Of a stretch of DNA of 64,000 bases, positions 25,340 to 40,050 are shown piece by piece. How positions within the stretch are numbered: the stretch's first letter is position 1; every line of letters starts with the position of its first letter. The position numbers and the translations under genes are program-made. This stretch comes from Escherichia coli (GTDB taxonomy: Bacteria; Pseudomonadota; Gammaproteobacteria; Enterobacterales; Enterobacteriaceae). The stretch lies in assembly GCF_003334765.1 (NCBI RefSeq), contig NZ_QOWT01000008.1; one strand, 5' to 3'. The notes beneath the pieces were generated by a model, which worked only from the letters and a program-made list of their open reading frames with translations, was not told the DNA's origin and searched no databases.

Positions 25340-26212
25340 ATGACCATCTATACCTTATCCCACGGGTCGCTAAAGCTGGACGTTTCTGACCAGGGCGGCG
25401 TAATCGAAGGCTTCTGGCGCGATACGACGCCGCTCTTACGTCCTGGTAAAAAAAGCGGTGTGGCAACCGATGCCTCATGTTTTCCGCTGGTGCCATTTGC
25501 AAACCGGGTGAGCGGCAATCGTTTTGTCTGGCAGGGGCGTGAGTATCAACTGCAACCGAATGTTGAGTGGGATGCGCACTATCTACACGGCGATGGCTGG
25601 CTGGGCGAGTGGCAATGTGTCTCGCACAGCGATGATAGTTTGTGTCTGGTGTATGAACATCGCAGCGGTGTCTATCACTATCGGGTAAGTCAGGCGTTTC
25701 ATTTAACGGCGGATACGCTGACGGTGACGCTCTCTGTCACCAATCAAGGGGCAGAGACGCTGCCATTTGGTACCGGCTGGCATCCTTATTTTCCGTTGTC
25801 GCCGCAAACGCGGATTCAGGCACAGGCGAGCGGTTACTGGCTGGAGCGGGAGCAGTGGCTGGCGGGTGAGTTTTGCGAGCAGCTACCGCAGGAACTGGAT
25901 TTTAACCAGCCCGCGCCGTTGCCGCGCCAGTGGGTGAACAATGGTTTTGCCGGATGGAATGGTCAGGCCCGCATCGAGCAGCCGCAGGAAGGTTATGCCA
26001 TCATCATGGAAACGACGCCACCTGCACCGTGTTATTTCATCTTTGTTTCCGACCCTGCGTTTGATAAAGGATATGCGTTTGATTTCTTCTGTCTGGAACC
26101 GATGAGCCATGCGCCGGATGATCATCATCGCCCGGAAGGGGGTGATCTCATTGCGCTAGCACCAGGGGAATCAACAACTTCAGAGATGTCGTTGCGGGTA
26201 GAGTGGCTGTAA
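25340..26212 (+). CDS. yphB: aldose 1-epimerase (mutarotase)-like protein YphB
   Basis: ORF 25340..26212, 290 aa. Confidence 0.75.
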   Translation: MTIYTLSHGSLKLDVSDQGGVIEGFWRDTTPLLRPGKKSGVATDASCFPLVPFANRVSGNRFVWQGREYQLQPNVEWDAHYLHGDGWLGEWQCVSHSDDSLCLVYEHRSGVYHYRVSQAFHLTADTLTVTLSVTNQGAETLPFGTGWHPYFPLSPQTRIQAQASGYWLEREQWLAGEFCEQLPQELDFNQPAPLPRQWVNNGFAGWNGQARIEQPQEGYAIIMETTPPAPCYFIFVSDPAFDKGYAFDFFCLEPMSHAPDDHHRPEGGDLIALAPGESTTSEMSLRVEWL

Positions 26213-26222
26213 TTTATTAAAT

Positions 26223-26252
26223 GCCGGATAAGGCGTTCACGCCGCATCCGGC
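26223..26252. repeat. single REP palindromic unit between yphB and yphA
   Basis: gccggataaggcgttcacgccgcatccggc. Confidence 0.75.
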
Positions 26253-26259
26253 ATCTTTC

Positions 26260-26682
26260 CTAACGCCGATCGAGAGAAATTGCCCCCGGCCCGGTAATTG
26301 CCAATAGCAAGAACGCGCCAGCGATACTGACATTCTTCCAGAAATTAATCATATTTGGCCCAACCGCATCGCCGGTCATATCCCAGTAATGGTGACCAAT
26401 CACCGCCGTACCCAGCGTGTAGAAAATAAACAGCACCGCCAGCGGACGGGTGAAAAAGCCAAGCACGATTAATATCGCGGCGGGCACTTCCATAACTACC
26501 GCAATAATCGCTGCCAGCATCGGCATTGGCGCGCCCAACGAGGCCATATATTGGACCGTACCGTCAAAGCCCATCATTTTGGGAAAACCAAAAATAATGA
26601 AAATTAAGACCACGGCGATACGGGCAATTAATAACAAAACGGGGCGGGCAGCTCCAAAATCAAAATAACGTAGTGTGTTCAT
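26260..26682 (-). CDS. yphA: DoxX-family inner membrane protein YphA
   Basis: ORF 26260..26754, start at internal Met ([10 protein letters not shown]...), 140 aa, four hydrophobic segments. Confidence 0.75.
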
Positions 26683-26778
26683 AACCAATCCCTTTGCAAG
26701 ATAATGTGATTTAAACGTAATACACACTCTTGCACCTCGCCACGCCCCAGGCATTGAGATATTCGCTAATTATCCTGG

Positions 26779-27990
<1,212 letters not shown>

Positions 27991-28803
27991 TTAAAGATCC
28001 AGCCCAGCCGCTACGTGGCGAATGCCGCGAATCGCTAAACCCGCATCAGCGTTGATCATCACACCGCTTAATGCGCGATTATTGCGCCGCGATGTCAACA
28101 TCACATACGGCCCCGTAAAATCCGCCGGTTGCGGGAAAAATTGCAGCGGTAAAATGGCGGCAATTTTCTCCGGCGTCAGAGACTGCATTATCGAGGTTTC
28201 ACTTTGCCCGAGCGCCTGTGGGCCGCGCAGGTCGCTGGCCATACCACACGGGCCGACGCCATTCACCCGCACTTTCGGTGCCAGTTCATAAGCCAGTTGG
28301 CGAATAAGTCCGGTTGCGGCATGTTTACTGGCGGTGTACAGCGGGCCACCGCCGCCAGGATACCAGGCGGCATTTGACAGTGTGAAAATCATGCTGCCTT
28401 CACTGGCGATTAACGCCGGAGCGCAGGCTTTTGCGCCCAGCAGGTAACCGAGAACATTGACGTTAAACAGCTCGTGGAAGCCGGTTTCGAGCGTCTCTGC
28501 GGGAGTATTAACCAGTGAGGCATTGTGATCCCAGATGCCTGCATTGCCGATAAAACAATCCAGCTTGCCGGAACGAGTCAGGATCTGATCGACCGCGCGT
28601 TGATAATCGGCATAACAGGTCACGTTACCTTCCACCGCCAGAATATGTTCGCCAAATCGCTGACGCAGACTGGCGACTTTTGCCGCCGACAGTTCCAGCG
28701 TGGCAACCTGCGCGCCTTCTTCGATAAATCGCTCGACCAGCGCCAGCCCTAATCCCGATCCGCCGCCGGTAATAAAAATGGACTCGTTATGCAGATCGCT
28801 CAT
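27991..28803 (-). CDS. hcaB: cis-dihydrodiol dehydrogenase (short-chain dehydrogenase family)
   Basis: ORF 27991..28803, 270 aa; TGGGSGLG cofactor motif, YxxxK. Confidence 0.85.
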   Translation of the reverse strand: MSDLHNESIFITGGGSGLGLALVERFIEEGAQVATLELSAAKVASLRQRFGEHILAVEGNVTCYADYQRAVDQILTRSGKLDCFIGNAGIWDHNASLVNTPAETLETGFHELFNVNVLGYLLGAKACAPALIASEGSMIFTLSNAAWYPGGGGPLYTASKHAATGLIRQLAYELAPKVRVNGVGPCGMASDLRGPQALGQSETSIMQSLTPEKIAAILPLQFFPQPADFTGPYVMLTSRRNNRALSGVMINADAGLAIRGIRHVAAGLDL

Positions 28804-29119
28804 GGCTGCGCCTCCGGTAAGTCGATGAAAATGTCACCACCTTCAACGTGTACTGGATAAGTGGTGAGCGGATCGGTGGCGGGCAGGCATAACGCTTTCC
28901 CCGTTTTCAGGCAAAAACTGGCGGCGTGTAGCGGGCACTCCACCGTGGCGTCATCTTCCAGATACCCTTCTGACATTGACGCATTACCATGGCTGCAACG
29001 ATCGTTAATGGCATAAAACTCGCCGCCAACGTTGAACAGGGCGATGACGGGCGAGGTATCGATCCGGAGAGCCTCACCCTCCGGCACATCCGCAACGGGA
29101 CACGCATAAATTCGATTCA

Positions 29120-29120
<1 letters not shown>
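28800..29120 (-). CDS. hcaC: Rieske-type ferredoxin component of 3-phenylpropionate dioxygenase
   Basis: ORF 28800..29120, 106 aa; Rieske motifs CSHG and CPLH. Confidence 0.85.
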
Positions 29121-31032
<1,912 letters not shown>

Positions 31033-31131
31033 CTATTTTTGTGCCATAAGGATGTTGCTGGTTGGTTGCTAATATGTGAAATAGTTAATTTCTACCAGCT
31101 GAGACGTTTTTTCGATAACAAGGGGAAGGTG

Positions 31132-32022
31132 ATGGAACTACGGCATTTACGCTATTTCGTCGCAGTGGCGCAGGCACTGAACTTTACCCGTGCGGCGGAA
31201 AAACTGCATACCTCACAGCCTTCGTTAAGCAGCCAGATCCGCGATCTTGAAAACTGTGTCGGTGTTCCGTTACTGGTGAGGGATAAGCGCAAAGTCGCGT
31301 TGACGGCGGCGGGAGAATGTTTTCTCCAGGACGCGCTGGCAATCCTCGAACAAGCGGAAAATGCCAAATTACGGGCGCGGAAAATTGTTCAGGAAGACAG
31401 ACAATTAACCATTGGCTTTGTGCCATCGGCGGAAGTGAATTTACTGCCAAAAGTATTACCGATGTTTCGTCTCAGACAGCCAGACACCTTGATTGAGCTG
31501 GTGAGTTTAATCACCACGCAACAGGAGGAAAAAATTCGCCGTGGTGAACTCGACGTCGGCTTAATGCGCCATCCTGTTTATAGCCCGGAGATTGATTATC
31601 TGGAGCTTTTTGACGAACCATTAGTGGTTGTGTTACCGGTTGATCACCCTTTAGCACATGAAAAAGAGATCACCGCCGCGCAACTGGATGGCGTGAATTT
31701 CGTCAGTACCGATCCGGTGTATTCCGGTTCGCTTGCGCCGATCGTTAAAGCGTGGTTTGCGCAAGAAAACAGCCAGCCAAATATCGTCCAGGTGGCAACG
31801 AATATTCTGGTGACCATGAATCTGGTGGGCATGGGGCTGGGCGTCACTTTGATACCCGGTTATATGAATAATTTTAATACCGGACAGGTTGTTTTTCGTC
31901 CCATTGCCGGAAATGTGCCTTCCATTGCTTTACTGATGGCGTGGAAGAAAGGGGAGATGAAGCCGGCATTACGCGATTTCATCGCCATTGTGCAGGAACG
32001 TTTGGCAAGCGTAACGGCATAA
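31132..32022 (+). CDS. hcaR: LysR-type transcriptional regulator of hca operon
   Basis: ORF 31039..32022, start at ATG 31132 after aggggaagg (MELRHLRYFVAVA... LysR HTH); divergent from hcaE. Confidence 0.85.
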   Translation: MELRHLRYFVAVAQALNFTRAAEKLHTSQPSLSSQIRDLENCVGVPLLVRDKRKVALTAAGECFLQDALAILEQAENAKLRARKIVQEDRQLTIGFVPSAEVNLLPKVLPMFRLRQPDTLIELVSLITTQQEEKIRRGELDVGLMRHPVYSPEIDYLELFDEPLVVVLPVDHPLAHEKEITAAQLDGVNFVSTDPVYSGSLAPIVKAWFAQENSQPNIVQVATNILVTMNLVGMGLGVTLIPGYMNNFNTGQVVFRPIAGNVPSIALLMAWKKGEMKPALRDFIAIVQERLASVTA

Positions 32023-32181
32023 TTACGCATTATTTTTGCAACATGCGTCGCGGATCTCAGTTTTTTAGTGCTTGTGAACTGGCGTTACAGACATCGGGAA
32101 GCAGGCTCGAATATTCTTATTTTTCAACTTGCACCAACATTCGATTAACCCCAGACTAACGCCTCCTGACGGGAGGGACTC

Positions 32182-33321
32182 ATGGTTTTGCAATCCACGC
32201 GCTGGTTGGCGCTCGGCTATTTCACATACTTTTTTAGTTACGGCATTTTTCTACCTTTCTGGAGCGTCTGGCTTAAAGGGATTGGTTTAACGCCAGAAAC
32301 CATCGGCCTGTTATTGGGGGCAGGTCTGGTTGCCCGTTTCCTCGGGAGTTTGCTCATCGCGCCCCGCGTCAGCGATCCTTCCCGCCTGATTTCCGCCTTG
32401 CGCGTGCTGGCACTGCTGACACTTCTCTTTGCTGTCGCCTTCTGGGCGGGGGCGCACGTAGCGTGGCTGATGCTGGTGATGATTGGCTTTAACCTCTTTT
32501 TCTCACCACTGGTACCGTTGACCGATGCACTGGCGAATACGTGGCAAAAGCAGTTCCCGCTTGATTACGGCAAAGTGCGACTGTGGGGCTCGGTGGCGTT
32601 TGTCATTGGCTCGGCGCTGACGGGCAAACTGGTCACTATGTTTGATTATCGGGTGATCCTCGCGCTGTTGACGTTGGGCGTGGCATCCATGCTGCTCGGC
32701 TTTCTCATCCGTCCGACGATTCAGCCACAAGGGGCAAGTCGCCAGCAGGAGAGCACCGGTTGGTCTGCGTGGTTGGCGCTGGTTCGCCAGAACTGGCGCT
32801 TTCTGGCCTGCGTTTGTTTATTGCAGGGGGCACATGCGGCCTATTACGGTTTTAGCGCCATTTACTGGCAGGCAGCTGGCTACTCGGCCTCGGCGGTGGG
32901 GTATTTGTGGTCGCTGGGCGTGGTGGCGGAAGTCATTATCTTTGCGCTGAGTAATAAACTTTTCCGCCGTTGTAGTGCACGCGATATGCTGTTGATCTCG
33001 GCGATTTGCGGCGTAGTGCGCTGGGGCATTATGGGAGCAACTACGGCGTTGCCGTGGTTGATAGTGGTGCAAATTCTGCATTGCGGCACCTTCACGGTCT
33101 GCCACCTGGCCGCCATGCGTTATATTGCTGCTCGCCAGGGTAGCGAAGTCATCCGTTTACAGGCGGTTTACTCTGCCGTCGCGATGGGCGGCAGTATCGC
33201 TATCATGACCGTTTTCGCCGGTTTCCTGTATCAATATCTGGGCCACGGCGTGTTCTGGGTAATGGCGCTGGTGGCGCTTCCGGCAATGTTTTTGCGCCCG
33301 AAAGTTGTTCCCTCATGCTGA
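32182..33321 (+). CDS. hcaT: MFS-family transporter (putative 3-phenylpropionate transporter)
   Basis: ORF 32182..33321, 379 aa, 12 predicted hydrophobic helices. Confidence 0.8.
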   Translation: MVLQSTRWLALGYFTYFFSYGIFLPFWSVWLKGIGLTPETIGLLLGAGLVARFLGSLLIAPRVSDPSRLISALRVLALLTLLFAVAFWAGAHVAWLMLVMIGFNLFFSPLVPLTDALANTWQKQFPLDYGKVRLWGSVAFVIGSALTGKLVTMFDYRVILALLTLGVASMLLGFLIRPTIQPQGASRQQESTGWSAWLALVRQNWRFLACVCLLQGAHAAYYGFSAIYWQAAGYSASAVGYLWSLGVVAEVIIFALSNKLFRRCSARDMLLISAICGVVRWGIMGATTALPWLIVVQILHCGTFTVCHLAAMRYIAARQGSEVIRLQAVYSAVAMGGSIAIMTVFAGFLYQYLGHGVFWVMALVALPAMFLRPKVVPSC

Positions 33322-34593
33322 TTCGAGCATTTTGCGGATCTGCTCCTGTTGATGTGTTGTCAGCGTCAGGTCCGTATAGATCAGCGGTGGTGAAAAGAGC
33401 GGTAATGGCATGGTATAAGGCGCAATAATCAGTGCCGCGCCACGCGGAGCGCCTGTCTGCAAAAATGCCTTTACCGACATATGCTTAATGTTGAGCGGCA
33501 GTAACGTTAGTTCGCGTAACTGCTGCTCAATCTGCGCTTCTCGCTCGCTATCATTCCCGGTAAGAAGAATAATCTGTTTTTCATGCAGATCGTTTTCCTG
33601 CATTAGCCAGGCACCGAAAATCACCGCGACCAGACCACTTTCCTCATCAGAAAGATGGACGCCGTATTCACTTTCAAATCCGGCCAGCGCCGCGCGGGTG
33701 GTGCGCACCAGGCGTGGGTACAGTCTGGCGAACTCTTCCGGCAGGGTATTATCAATACCGATGGCAAACAAACTGCGATTTAACGCCTGGGCGAGGTGGG
33801 TATAAAGCTGATCACATAACCCCTGTTCATCATAAAAACGAACATTTCCCAGCTCACGAAAATGGTTTACCAGACGTTTGATAGACTGACGCAATTGTCT
33901 GTCCCGCTGATGCGCATCCCGCAATGGATCGGGAACCCGCAACATGGAAAAAAGTAGTGCCATAAACAGTGGCTCATCAGGTGGTACAGGCTGGAGCGCC
34001 CGACGCTGCCAGTGGCGTCCAATTTCCTGCGCTACCTGAAATTCAAGGCAGGATTCCGCCCAGCGACGTTGGAGCGGATTAAACTGAGGCGTAATTCCAG
34101 CGTGGTGCTGCAGCAAACAATATTGCAGATACAGACACAGGAAATGAATATCGCGCGATTCAAAGCGTTTTTGCAGCCGTCGGGAGCAGAGATTCACTAA
34201 CGCTTGTAGATTGGTATCGTCGTAAAAGTTACGCGCAATTCCGCGCCGCTTCAGTTCACTCTTCAGGGCGGGGGTGAATTGGCTGGTAATAAATGACGGA
34301 CACAGACGGAAACCACGTCGTAGCCAGTGAAATAAACACAAACGTTGGTTAAGCACTGTACCTTCAACCCGGTAGCTACCGTCATAACCAGTCGTCAGTG
34401 TGAGTTGATGATAGCGCAGGATCTCCCGTCCTGTTTCGCTGATATCAAGACTGGCAATATCATCATCCACACCATTAAGCTCGCTGAAGGTTGCCATGGT
34501 GGCGGTCAACCCCGGCTGAAAGAGCGTCAGCAAGATCTGGCAGCGGCGCTGGGGAGCCGAAAGGACAGATGGTGGAGCAAGCGTAGGCATCAT
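33313..34593 (-). CDS. csiE: stationary-phase inducible protein CsiE
   Basis: ORF 33313..34614, start at internal Met pair (MMPTLAPPSV...), 426 aa. Confidence 0.8.
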   Translation of the reverse strand: MMPTLAPPSVLSAPQRRCQILLTLFQPGLTATMATFSELNGVDDDIASLDISETGREILRYHQLTLTTGYDGSYRVEGTVLNQRLCLFHWLRRGFRLCPSFITSQFTPALKSELKRRGIARNFYDDTNLQALVNLCSRRLQKRFESRDIHFLCLYLQYCLLQHHAGITPQFNPLQRRWAESCLEFQVAQEIGRHWQRRALQPVPPDEPLFMALLFSMLRVPDPLRDAHQRDRQLRQSIKRLVNHFRELGNVRFYDEQGLCDQLYTHLAQALNRSLFAIGIDNTLPEEFARLYPRLVRTTRAALAGFESEYGVHLSDEESGLVAVIFGAWLMQENDLHEKQIILLTGNDSEREAQIEQQLRELTLLPLNIKHMSVKAFLQTGAPRGAALIIAPYTMPLPLFSPPLIYTDLTLTTHQQEQIRKMLESA

Positions 34594-34783
34594 CTGTAGA
34601 TCTCCCATAAGCATAATTGATAAGAATAGCTAAAGTTTGCTCAAGGAAATGGCGAAGGGAATGCTAATCATCAGAAATGTTGGCAAGCGTCACAGAATTT
34701 TTCACATCTTAAACTGTTCTGACCAGTGGATTAGCATGTCTTAAGGTGGTTTTGTGAATGATTATCGTGCTAGCGATCATGGG

Positions 34784-35638
34784 TTAGTTCTGCGGATTCA
34801 ACGCGCTAAGGATAAAGTCCACCATCTGTTCGCGATAAACATCGCCGTGACGATCGGAAAAAGCATCAATGTGTTCGCCATCCGGGATTAGGATCAACCG
34901 TTTTGGCTCTTTTGCCAGGCTATACAACTTTTCGCTGTGCTGCCATGGGATAACGTGATCAGCTTTACCGTGAATGAGTAAAAGCGGGATCGGGCTGACG
35001 CTGGCGATATAATTTTCGCCGCTGTAACTCTCATCAAGTAAGTAGCCACTGCCGGGGATCATCTGGTTGGCGATGGTTGCATAAGAGGCAAATGTGGAGT
35101 CGAGGATCACCGCACGTATGCCTTCACGATCACCCCGACCAATAACATCCAGAATATTCGCCCCGCCAATACTCTGCCCGAACAGCACCAGACGTTGTGG
35201 GTTTACATCACTGCGATGGCGCACCACATTGATGGCACTTTGCGTATCGTCCAGCAATCCGGCCTGGGACGGCGTGCCTTTTGATTTACCAAACCCGCGA
35301 TAATCAAACATAAAAACGTTGAAATTACGCTCGGGTAACCAACTGACCAGCGGCCAGTGGGCGGACATATTTCCGGCATTGCCGTGAGCATGAATGATGG
35401 TTGCGATGGCGTTGTCAGCAGGGCCCGTCGAAGAAGGGATAAACCAGCCTTGCAGACGAGTACCGTCCTTAGCCGTAAATTCGACGGATTCCGCCGACCA
35501 GGGATCGGGACCGTAAATTTTATCGTCGGGATAATAGAAGAAGTTGATGGCAACGCGCGGCACTAAATAAACGCAGAAGGCAACAACAAAGAGAATAAAC
35601 AGAATTTTGGGAACGCGTTTGTTCACTGGCAGTGCCAT
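34784..35638 (-). CDS. yfhR: alpha/beta-hydrolase (S9 peptidase-like) protein YfhR
   Basis: ORF 34784..35665; GxSxG nucleophile motif (GQSIGG); N-terminal membrane anchor; start at 35638 or 35665. Confidence 0.75.
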   Translation of the reverse strand: MALPVNKRVPKILFILFVVAFCVYLVPRVAINFFYYPDDKIYGPDPWSAESVEFTAKDGTRLQGWFIPSSTGPADNAIATIIHAHGNAGNMSAHWPLVSWLPERNFNVFMFDYRGFGKSKGTPSQAGLLDDTQSAINVVRHRSDVNPQRLVLFGQSIGGANILDVIGRGDREGIRAVILDSTFASYATIANQMIPGSGYLLDESYSGENYIASVSPIPLLLIHGKADHVIPWQHSEKLYSLAKEPKRLILIPDGEHIDAFSDRHGDVYREQMVDFILSALNPQN

Positions 35639-35782
35639 AACCTTTCCTTGCGACTTCTTTATCATCCATTAATCGGGGAAAGATGGTGGGAGAGTGACGA
35701 AAGAAAGTAAAGCAGTGAGGAAGTATTTCGGAATAGCGCCTGAAAGGCGAGGGCGGGTGAGTGATATCACCCGCCTGAGTCA

Positions 35783-36586
35783 TTAACGCTTCAGAGCGTC
35801 GCTTAACTCGTCACGCATGTTCGCCAGCATGGCTTTAACAACGCGCGGGTTACCAGCAACGATGTTACCGGTCAGCATGTAGTTATGACCACCGGTGAAG
35901 TCGCTGACGATGCCGCCCGCTTCACGAACCAGCAGCTCGCCTGCGGCGAAGTCCCACGGGCGCAGACCGATTTCAAAGAAACCGTCAACACGACCCGCAG
36001 CGACGTAAGCCAGATCCAGCGCCGCAGAACCGGTACGACGGAAGTCTGCACATTCGTTGAACAGTTTGCCGACGATGTTGATGTAGGTAGTGGCGTACTG
36101 TTTTGCTTTGAACGGGAAGCCGGTCGCCAGAATAGTACCGTCGAGATCGCGAGCGGTGCTGCCGCGCAGTCGGTAGCCGTTCAGCTGTGCGCCCTGACCG
36201 CGAGTGGCGGTGAACAGTTCGTTACGCATAGGATCGTATACCACAGCAACTTCGGTGCGGCCTTTGATACGAACAGCGATAGATACCGCGAAGTGCGGCA
36301 GACGTTTGATAAAGTTGGTAGTGCCATCCAGTGGATCGATAACCCATTGAACATCCTGATCAGTACCTTCAAGTTCACCGCTTTCTTCGGTGATGATGGT
36401 GTGCTGTGGGTAAGATTTACGAATCGTGTCGATAATCACCGCTTCGGCAGCTTTATCTACGTTGGTCACGAAATCGTTACTGCCTTTCTGGCTCGCTTCT
36501 ACAGCGTCCGGGGTTTCATAGTTTTTGGCAATTAAATTACCCGCCTTGCGCGCTGCGCGCACGGCGATGTTCAGCATCGGATGCAT
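35783..36586 (-). CDS. suhB: inositol monophosphatase SuhB
   Basis: ORF 35783..36586, 267 aa; IMPase motifs WVIDPLDGT and DxxAG. Confidence 0.9.
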   Translation of the reverse strand: MHPMLNIAVRAARKAGNLIAKNYETPDAVEASQKGSNDFVTNVDKAAEAVIIDTIRKSYPQHTIITEESGELEGTDQDVQWVIDPLDGTTNFIKRLPHFAVSIAVRIKGRTEVAVVYDPMRNELFTATRGQGAQLNGYRLRGSTARDLDGTILATGFPFKAKQYATTYINIVGKLFNECADFRRTGSAALDLAYVAAGRVDGFFEIGLRPWDFAAGELLVREAGGIVSDFTGGHNYMLTGNIVAGNPRVVKAMLANMRDELSDALKR

Positions 36587-36704
36587 CGGTCTCTCTCACT
36601 GGATGTTAAAGAACGGGAAAACGGCGCAGAGTATAGCAGCGAGATCGGCATCTGTCTTCGTTTTATGATAAGATGCGTGAATAATCTTTAGATGAAGAAA
36701 GACA

Positions 36705-37445
36705 ATGCTGCAAAATATTCGAATTGTGCTGGTGGAGACGTCACACACCGGCAATATGGGTTCTGTTGCCCGTGCCATGAAAACAATGGGATTAACCAAT
36801 CTGTGGCTGGTTAATCCACTGGTGAAACCCGACTCCCAGGCGATTGCCCTGGCAGCAGGGGCCAGCGATGTGATTGGTAATGCTCACATCGTCGATACGC
36901 TCGACGAAGCGTTAGCCGGTTGTAGCCTGGTGGTGGGCACCAGCGCACGTTCCCGCACGCTGCCATGGCCGATGCTCGACCCGCGCGAATGCGGCCTGAA
37001 AAGCGTCGCTGAAGCGGCAAATACCCCGGTGGCGCTGGTGTTTGGTCGCGAGCGCGTCGGCTTGACCAATGAAGAGTTGCAGAAATGCCATTATCATGTC
37101 GCGATTGCGGCTAACCCGGAATACAGCTCGCTGAACCTGGCGATGGCGGTTCAGGTTATTGCCTATGAAGTGCGCATGGCCTGGCTGGCAACTCAGGAAA
37201 ACGGCGAGCAGGTCGAGCATGAAGAGACGCCGTATCCGCTGGTCGATGATCTGGAGCGTTTTTATGGTCATCTGGAACAAACGCTGCTGGCAACCGGTTT
37301 TATCCGTGAAAACCATCCGGGGCAGGTGATGAATAAATTGCGCCGTCTGTTTACCCGTGCGCGCCCGGAAAGCCAGGAGTTGAATATCCTGCGCGGGATT
37401 CTGGCTTCTATTGAGCAGCAGAATAAAGGTAACAAGGCCGAATAA
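36705..37445 (+). CDS. trmJ: tRNA (cytidine/uridine-2'-O)-methyltransferase TrmJ (SpoU family)
   Basis: ORF 36705..37445, 246 aa. Confidence 0.85.
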
Positions 37446-37446
37446 C

Positions 37447-37634
<188 letters not shown>

Positions 37635-37689
37635 TACAAACGCCACGATAAAAAAATGGCACTGAAGGTTAAATACCCGACTAAATCAG

Positions 37690-37760
37690 TCAAGTAAATA
37701 GTTGACCAATTTACTCGGGAATGTCAGACTTGACCCTGCTATGCAATACCCCCACTTTTA
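37690..37760 (+). promoter_or_regulatory. iscR promoter region with putative IscR autoregulatory sites
   Basis: atagttgaccaatttactcgggaatgtcagacttgacc upstream of iscR; assignment from remembered isc promoter architecture, not measured. Confidence 0.4.
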
Positions 37761-37805
37761 CAATAAAAAACCCCGGGCAGGGGCGAGTTTGAGGTGAAGT
37801 AAGAC

Positions 37806-38294
37806 ATGAGACTGACATCTAAAGGGCGCTATGCCGTGACCGCAATGCTTGACGTTGCGCTCAACTCTGAAGCGGGCCCGGTACCGTTGGCTGATATTTC
37901 CGAACGTCAGGGAATTTCCCTTTCTTATCTGGAACAACTGTTTTCCCGTCTGCGTAAAAATGGTCTGGTTTCCAGCGTACGTGGACCAGGCGGTGGTTAT
38001 CTGTTAGGCAAAGATGCCAGCAGCATCGCCGTTGGCGAAGTAATTAGCGCCGTTGACGAATCTGTAGATGCCACCCGTTGTCAGGGTAAAGGCGGCTGCC
38101 AGGGCGGCGATAAATGCCTGACCCACGCGCTGTGGCGTGATTTGAGCGACCGTCTCACCGGTTTTCTCAACAACATTACTTTAGGCGAACTGGTTAATAA
38201 CCAGGAAGTGCTGGATGTGTCTGGTCGTCAGCATACTCACGACGCGCCACGCACCCGCACACAAGACGCGATCGACGTTAAGTTACGCGCTTAA
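37806..38294 (+). CDS. iscR: Fe-S cluster assembly transcriptional regulator IscR (Rrf2 family)
   Basis: ORF 37806..38294, 162 aa; Rrf2 HTH, three-Cys cluster ligands. Confidence 0.95.
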
Positions 38295-38405
38295 TAAAAA
38301 GAATTCAGAATCAGGCCGGAGTGCTAAATACTCCGTAAACACGGTCGTACATCCAGCCGGTAGCCTGATTCCTTGCATTGAGTGATGTACGGAGTTTATA
38401 GAGCA

Positions 38406-39620
38406 ATGAAATTACCGATTTATCTCGACTACTCCGCAACCACGCCGGTGGACCCGCGTGTTGCCGAGAAAATGATGCAGTTTATGACGATGGACGGAAC
38501 CTTTGGTAACCCGGCCTCCCGTTCTCACCGTTTCGGCTGGCAGGCTGAAGAAGCGGTAGATATCGCCCGTAATCAGATTGCCGATCTGGTCGGCGCTGAT
38601 CCGCGTGAAATCGTCTTTACCTCTGGTGCAACCGAATCTGACAACCTGGCGATCAAAGGTGCAGCCAACTTTTATCAGAAAAAAGGCAAGCACATCATCA
38701 CCAGCAAAACCGAACACAAAGCGGTACTGGATACCTGCCGTCAGCTGGAGCGCGAAGGTTTTGAAGTCACCTACCTGGCACCGCAGCGTAACGGCATTAT
38801 CGACCTGAAAGAACTTGAAGCAGCGATGCGTGACGACACCATCCTCGTGTCCATCATGCACGTAAATAACGAAATCGGCGTGGTGCAGGATATCGCGGCT
38901 ATCGGCGAAATGTGCCGTGCTCGTGGCATTATCTATCACGTTGATGCAACCCAGAGCGTGGGTAAACTGCCTATCGACCTGAGCCAGTTGAAAGTTGACC
39001 TGATGTCTTTCTCCGGTCACAAAATCTATGGCCCGAAAGGTATCGGTGCGCTGTATGTACGTCGTAAACCGCGCGTACGCATCGAAGCGCAAATGCACGG
39101 CGGCGGTCACGAGCGCGGTATGCGTTCCGGCACTCTGCCTGTTCACCAGATCGTCGGAATGGGCGAGGCCTATCGCATCGCAAAAGAAGAGATGGCGACC
39201 GAGATGGAACGTCTGCGCGGCCTGCGTAACCGTCTGTGGAACGGCATCAAAGATATCGAAGAAGTTTACCTGAACGGTGACCTGGAACACGGTGCGCCGA
39301 ACATTCTCAACGTCAGCTTCAACTACGTTGAAGGTGAGTCGCTGATTATGGCGCTGAAAGACCTCGCAGTTTCTTCAGGTTCCGCCTGTACGTCAGCAAG
39401 CCTCGAACCGTCCTACGTGCTGCGCGCGCTGGGGCTGAACGACGAGCTGGCACATAGCTCTATCCGTTTCTCTTTAGGTCGTTTTACTACTGAAGAAGAG
39501 ATCGACTACACCATCGAGTTAGTTCGTAAATCCATCGGTCGTCTGCGTGACCTTTCTCCGCTGTGGGAAATGTACAAGCAGGGCGTGGATCTGAACAGCA
39601 TCGAATGGGCTCATCATTAA
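38406..39620 (+). CDS. iscS: cysteine desulfurase IscS
   Basis: ORF 38382..39620, start [14 protein letters not shown], 404 aa; PLP-Lys motif SFSGHK, active-site SSGSACTS. Confidence 0.95.
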
Positions 39621-39647
39621 TCGGTATCGGAATCAGGAGAATTTATA

Positions 39648-40034
39648 ATGGCTTACAGCGAAAAAGTTATCGACCATTACGAGAATCCGCGTAACGTGGG
39701 TTCCTTTGACAACAACGACGAGAACGTCGGCAGCGGCATGGTGGGGGCACCGGCCTGTGGCGACGTGATGAAGTTGCAGATTAAAGTCAACGATGAAGGT
39801 ATCATTGAAGACGCGCGTTTTAAAACTTACGGCTGCGGTTCCGCTATCGCTTCCAGCTCCCTGGTCACCGAATGGGTGAAAGGGAAGTCTCTCGACGAAG
39901 CGCAGGCGATCAAAAACACCGATATTGCTGAAGAACTTGAACTGCCGCCGGTGAAAATTCACTGTTCTATTCTGGCAGAAGACGCGATCAAAGCCGCCAT
40001 TGCGGACTATAAAAGCAAACGTGAAGCAAAATAA
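39648..40034 (+). CDS. iscU: Fe-S cluster scaffold protein IscU
   Basis: ORF 39648..40034, 128 aa; conserved GAPACGD and LPPVK motifs. Confidence 0.95.
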   Translation: MAYSEKVIDHYENPRNVGSFDNNDENVGSGMVGAPACGDVMKLQIKVNDEGIIEDARFKTYGCGSAIASSSLVTEWVKGKSLDEAQAIKNTDIAEELELPPVKIHCSILAEDAIKAAIADYKSKREAK

Positions 40035-40050
40035 GAGTTGAGGTTTGGTT

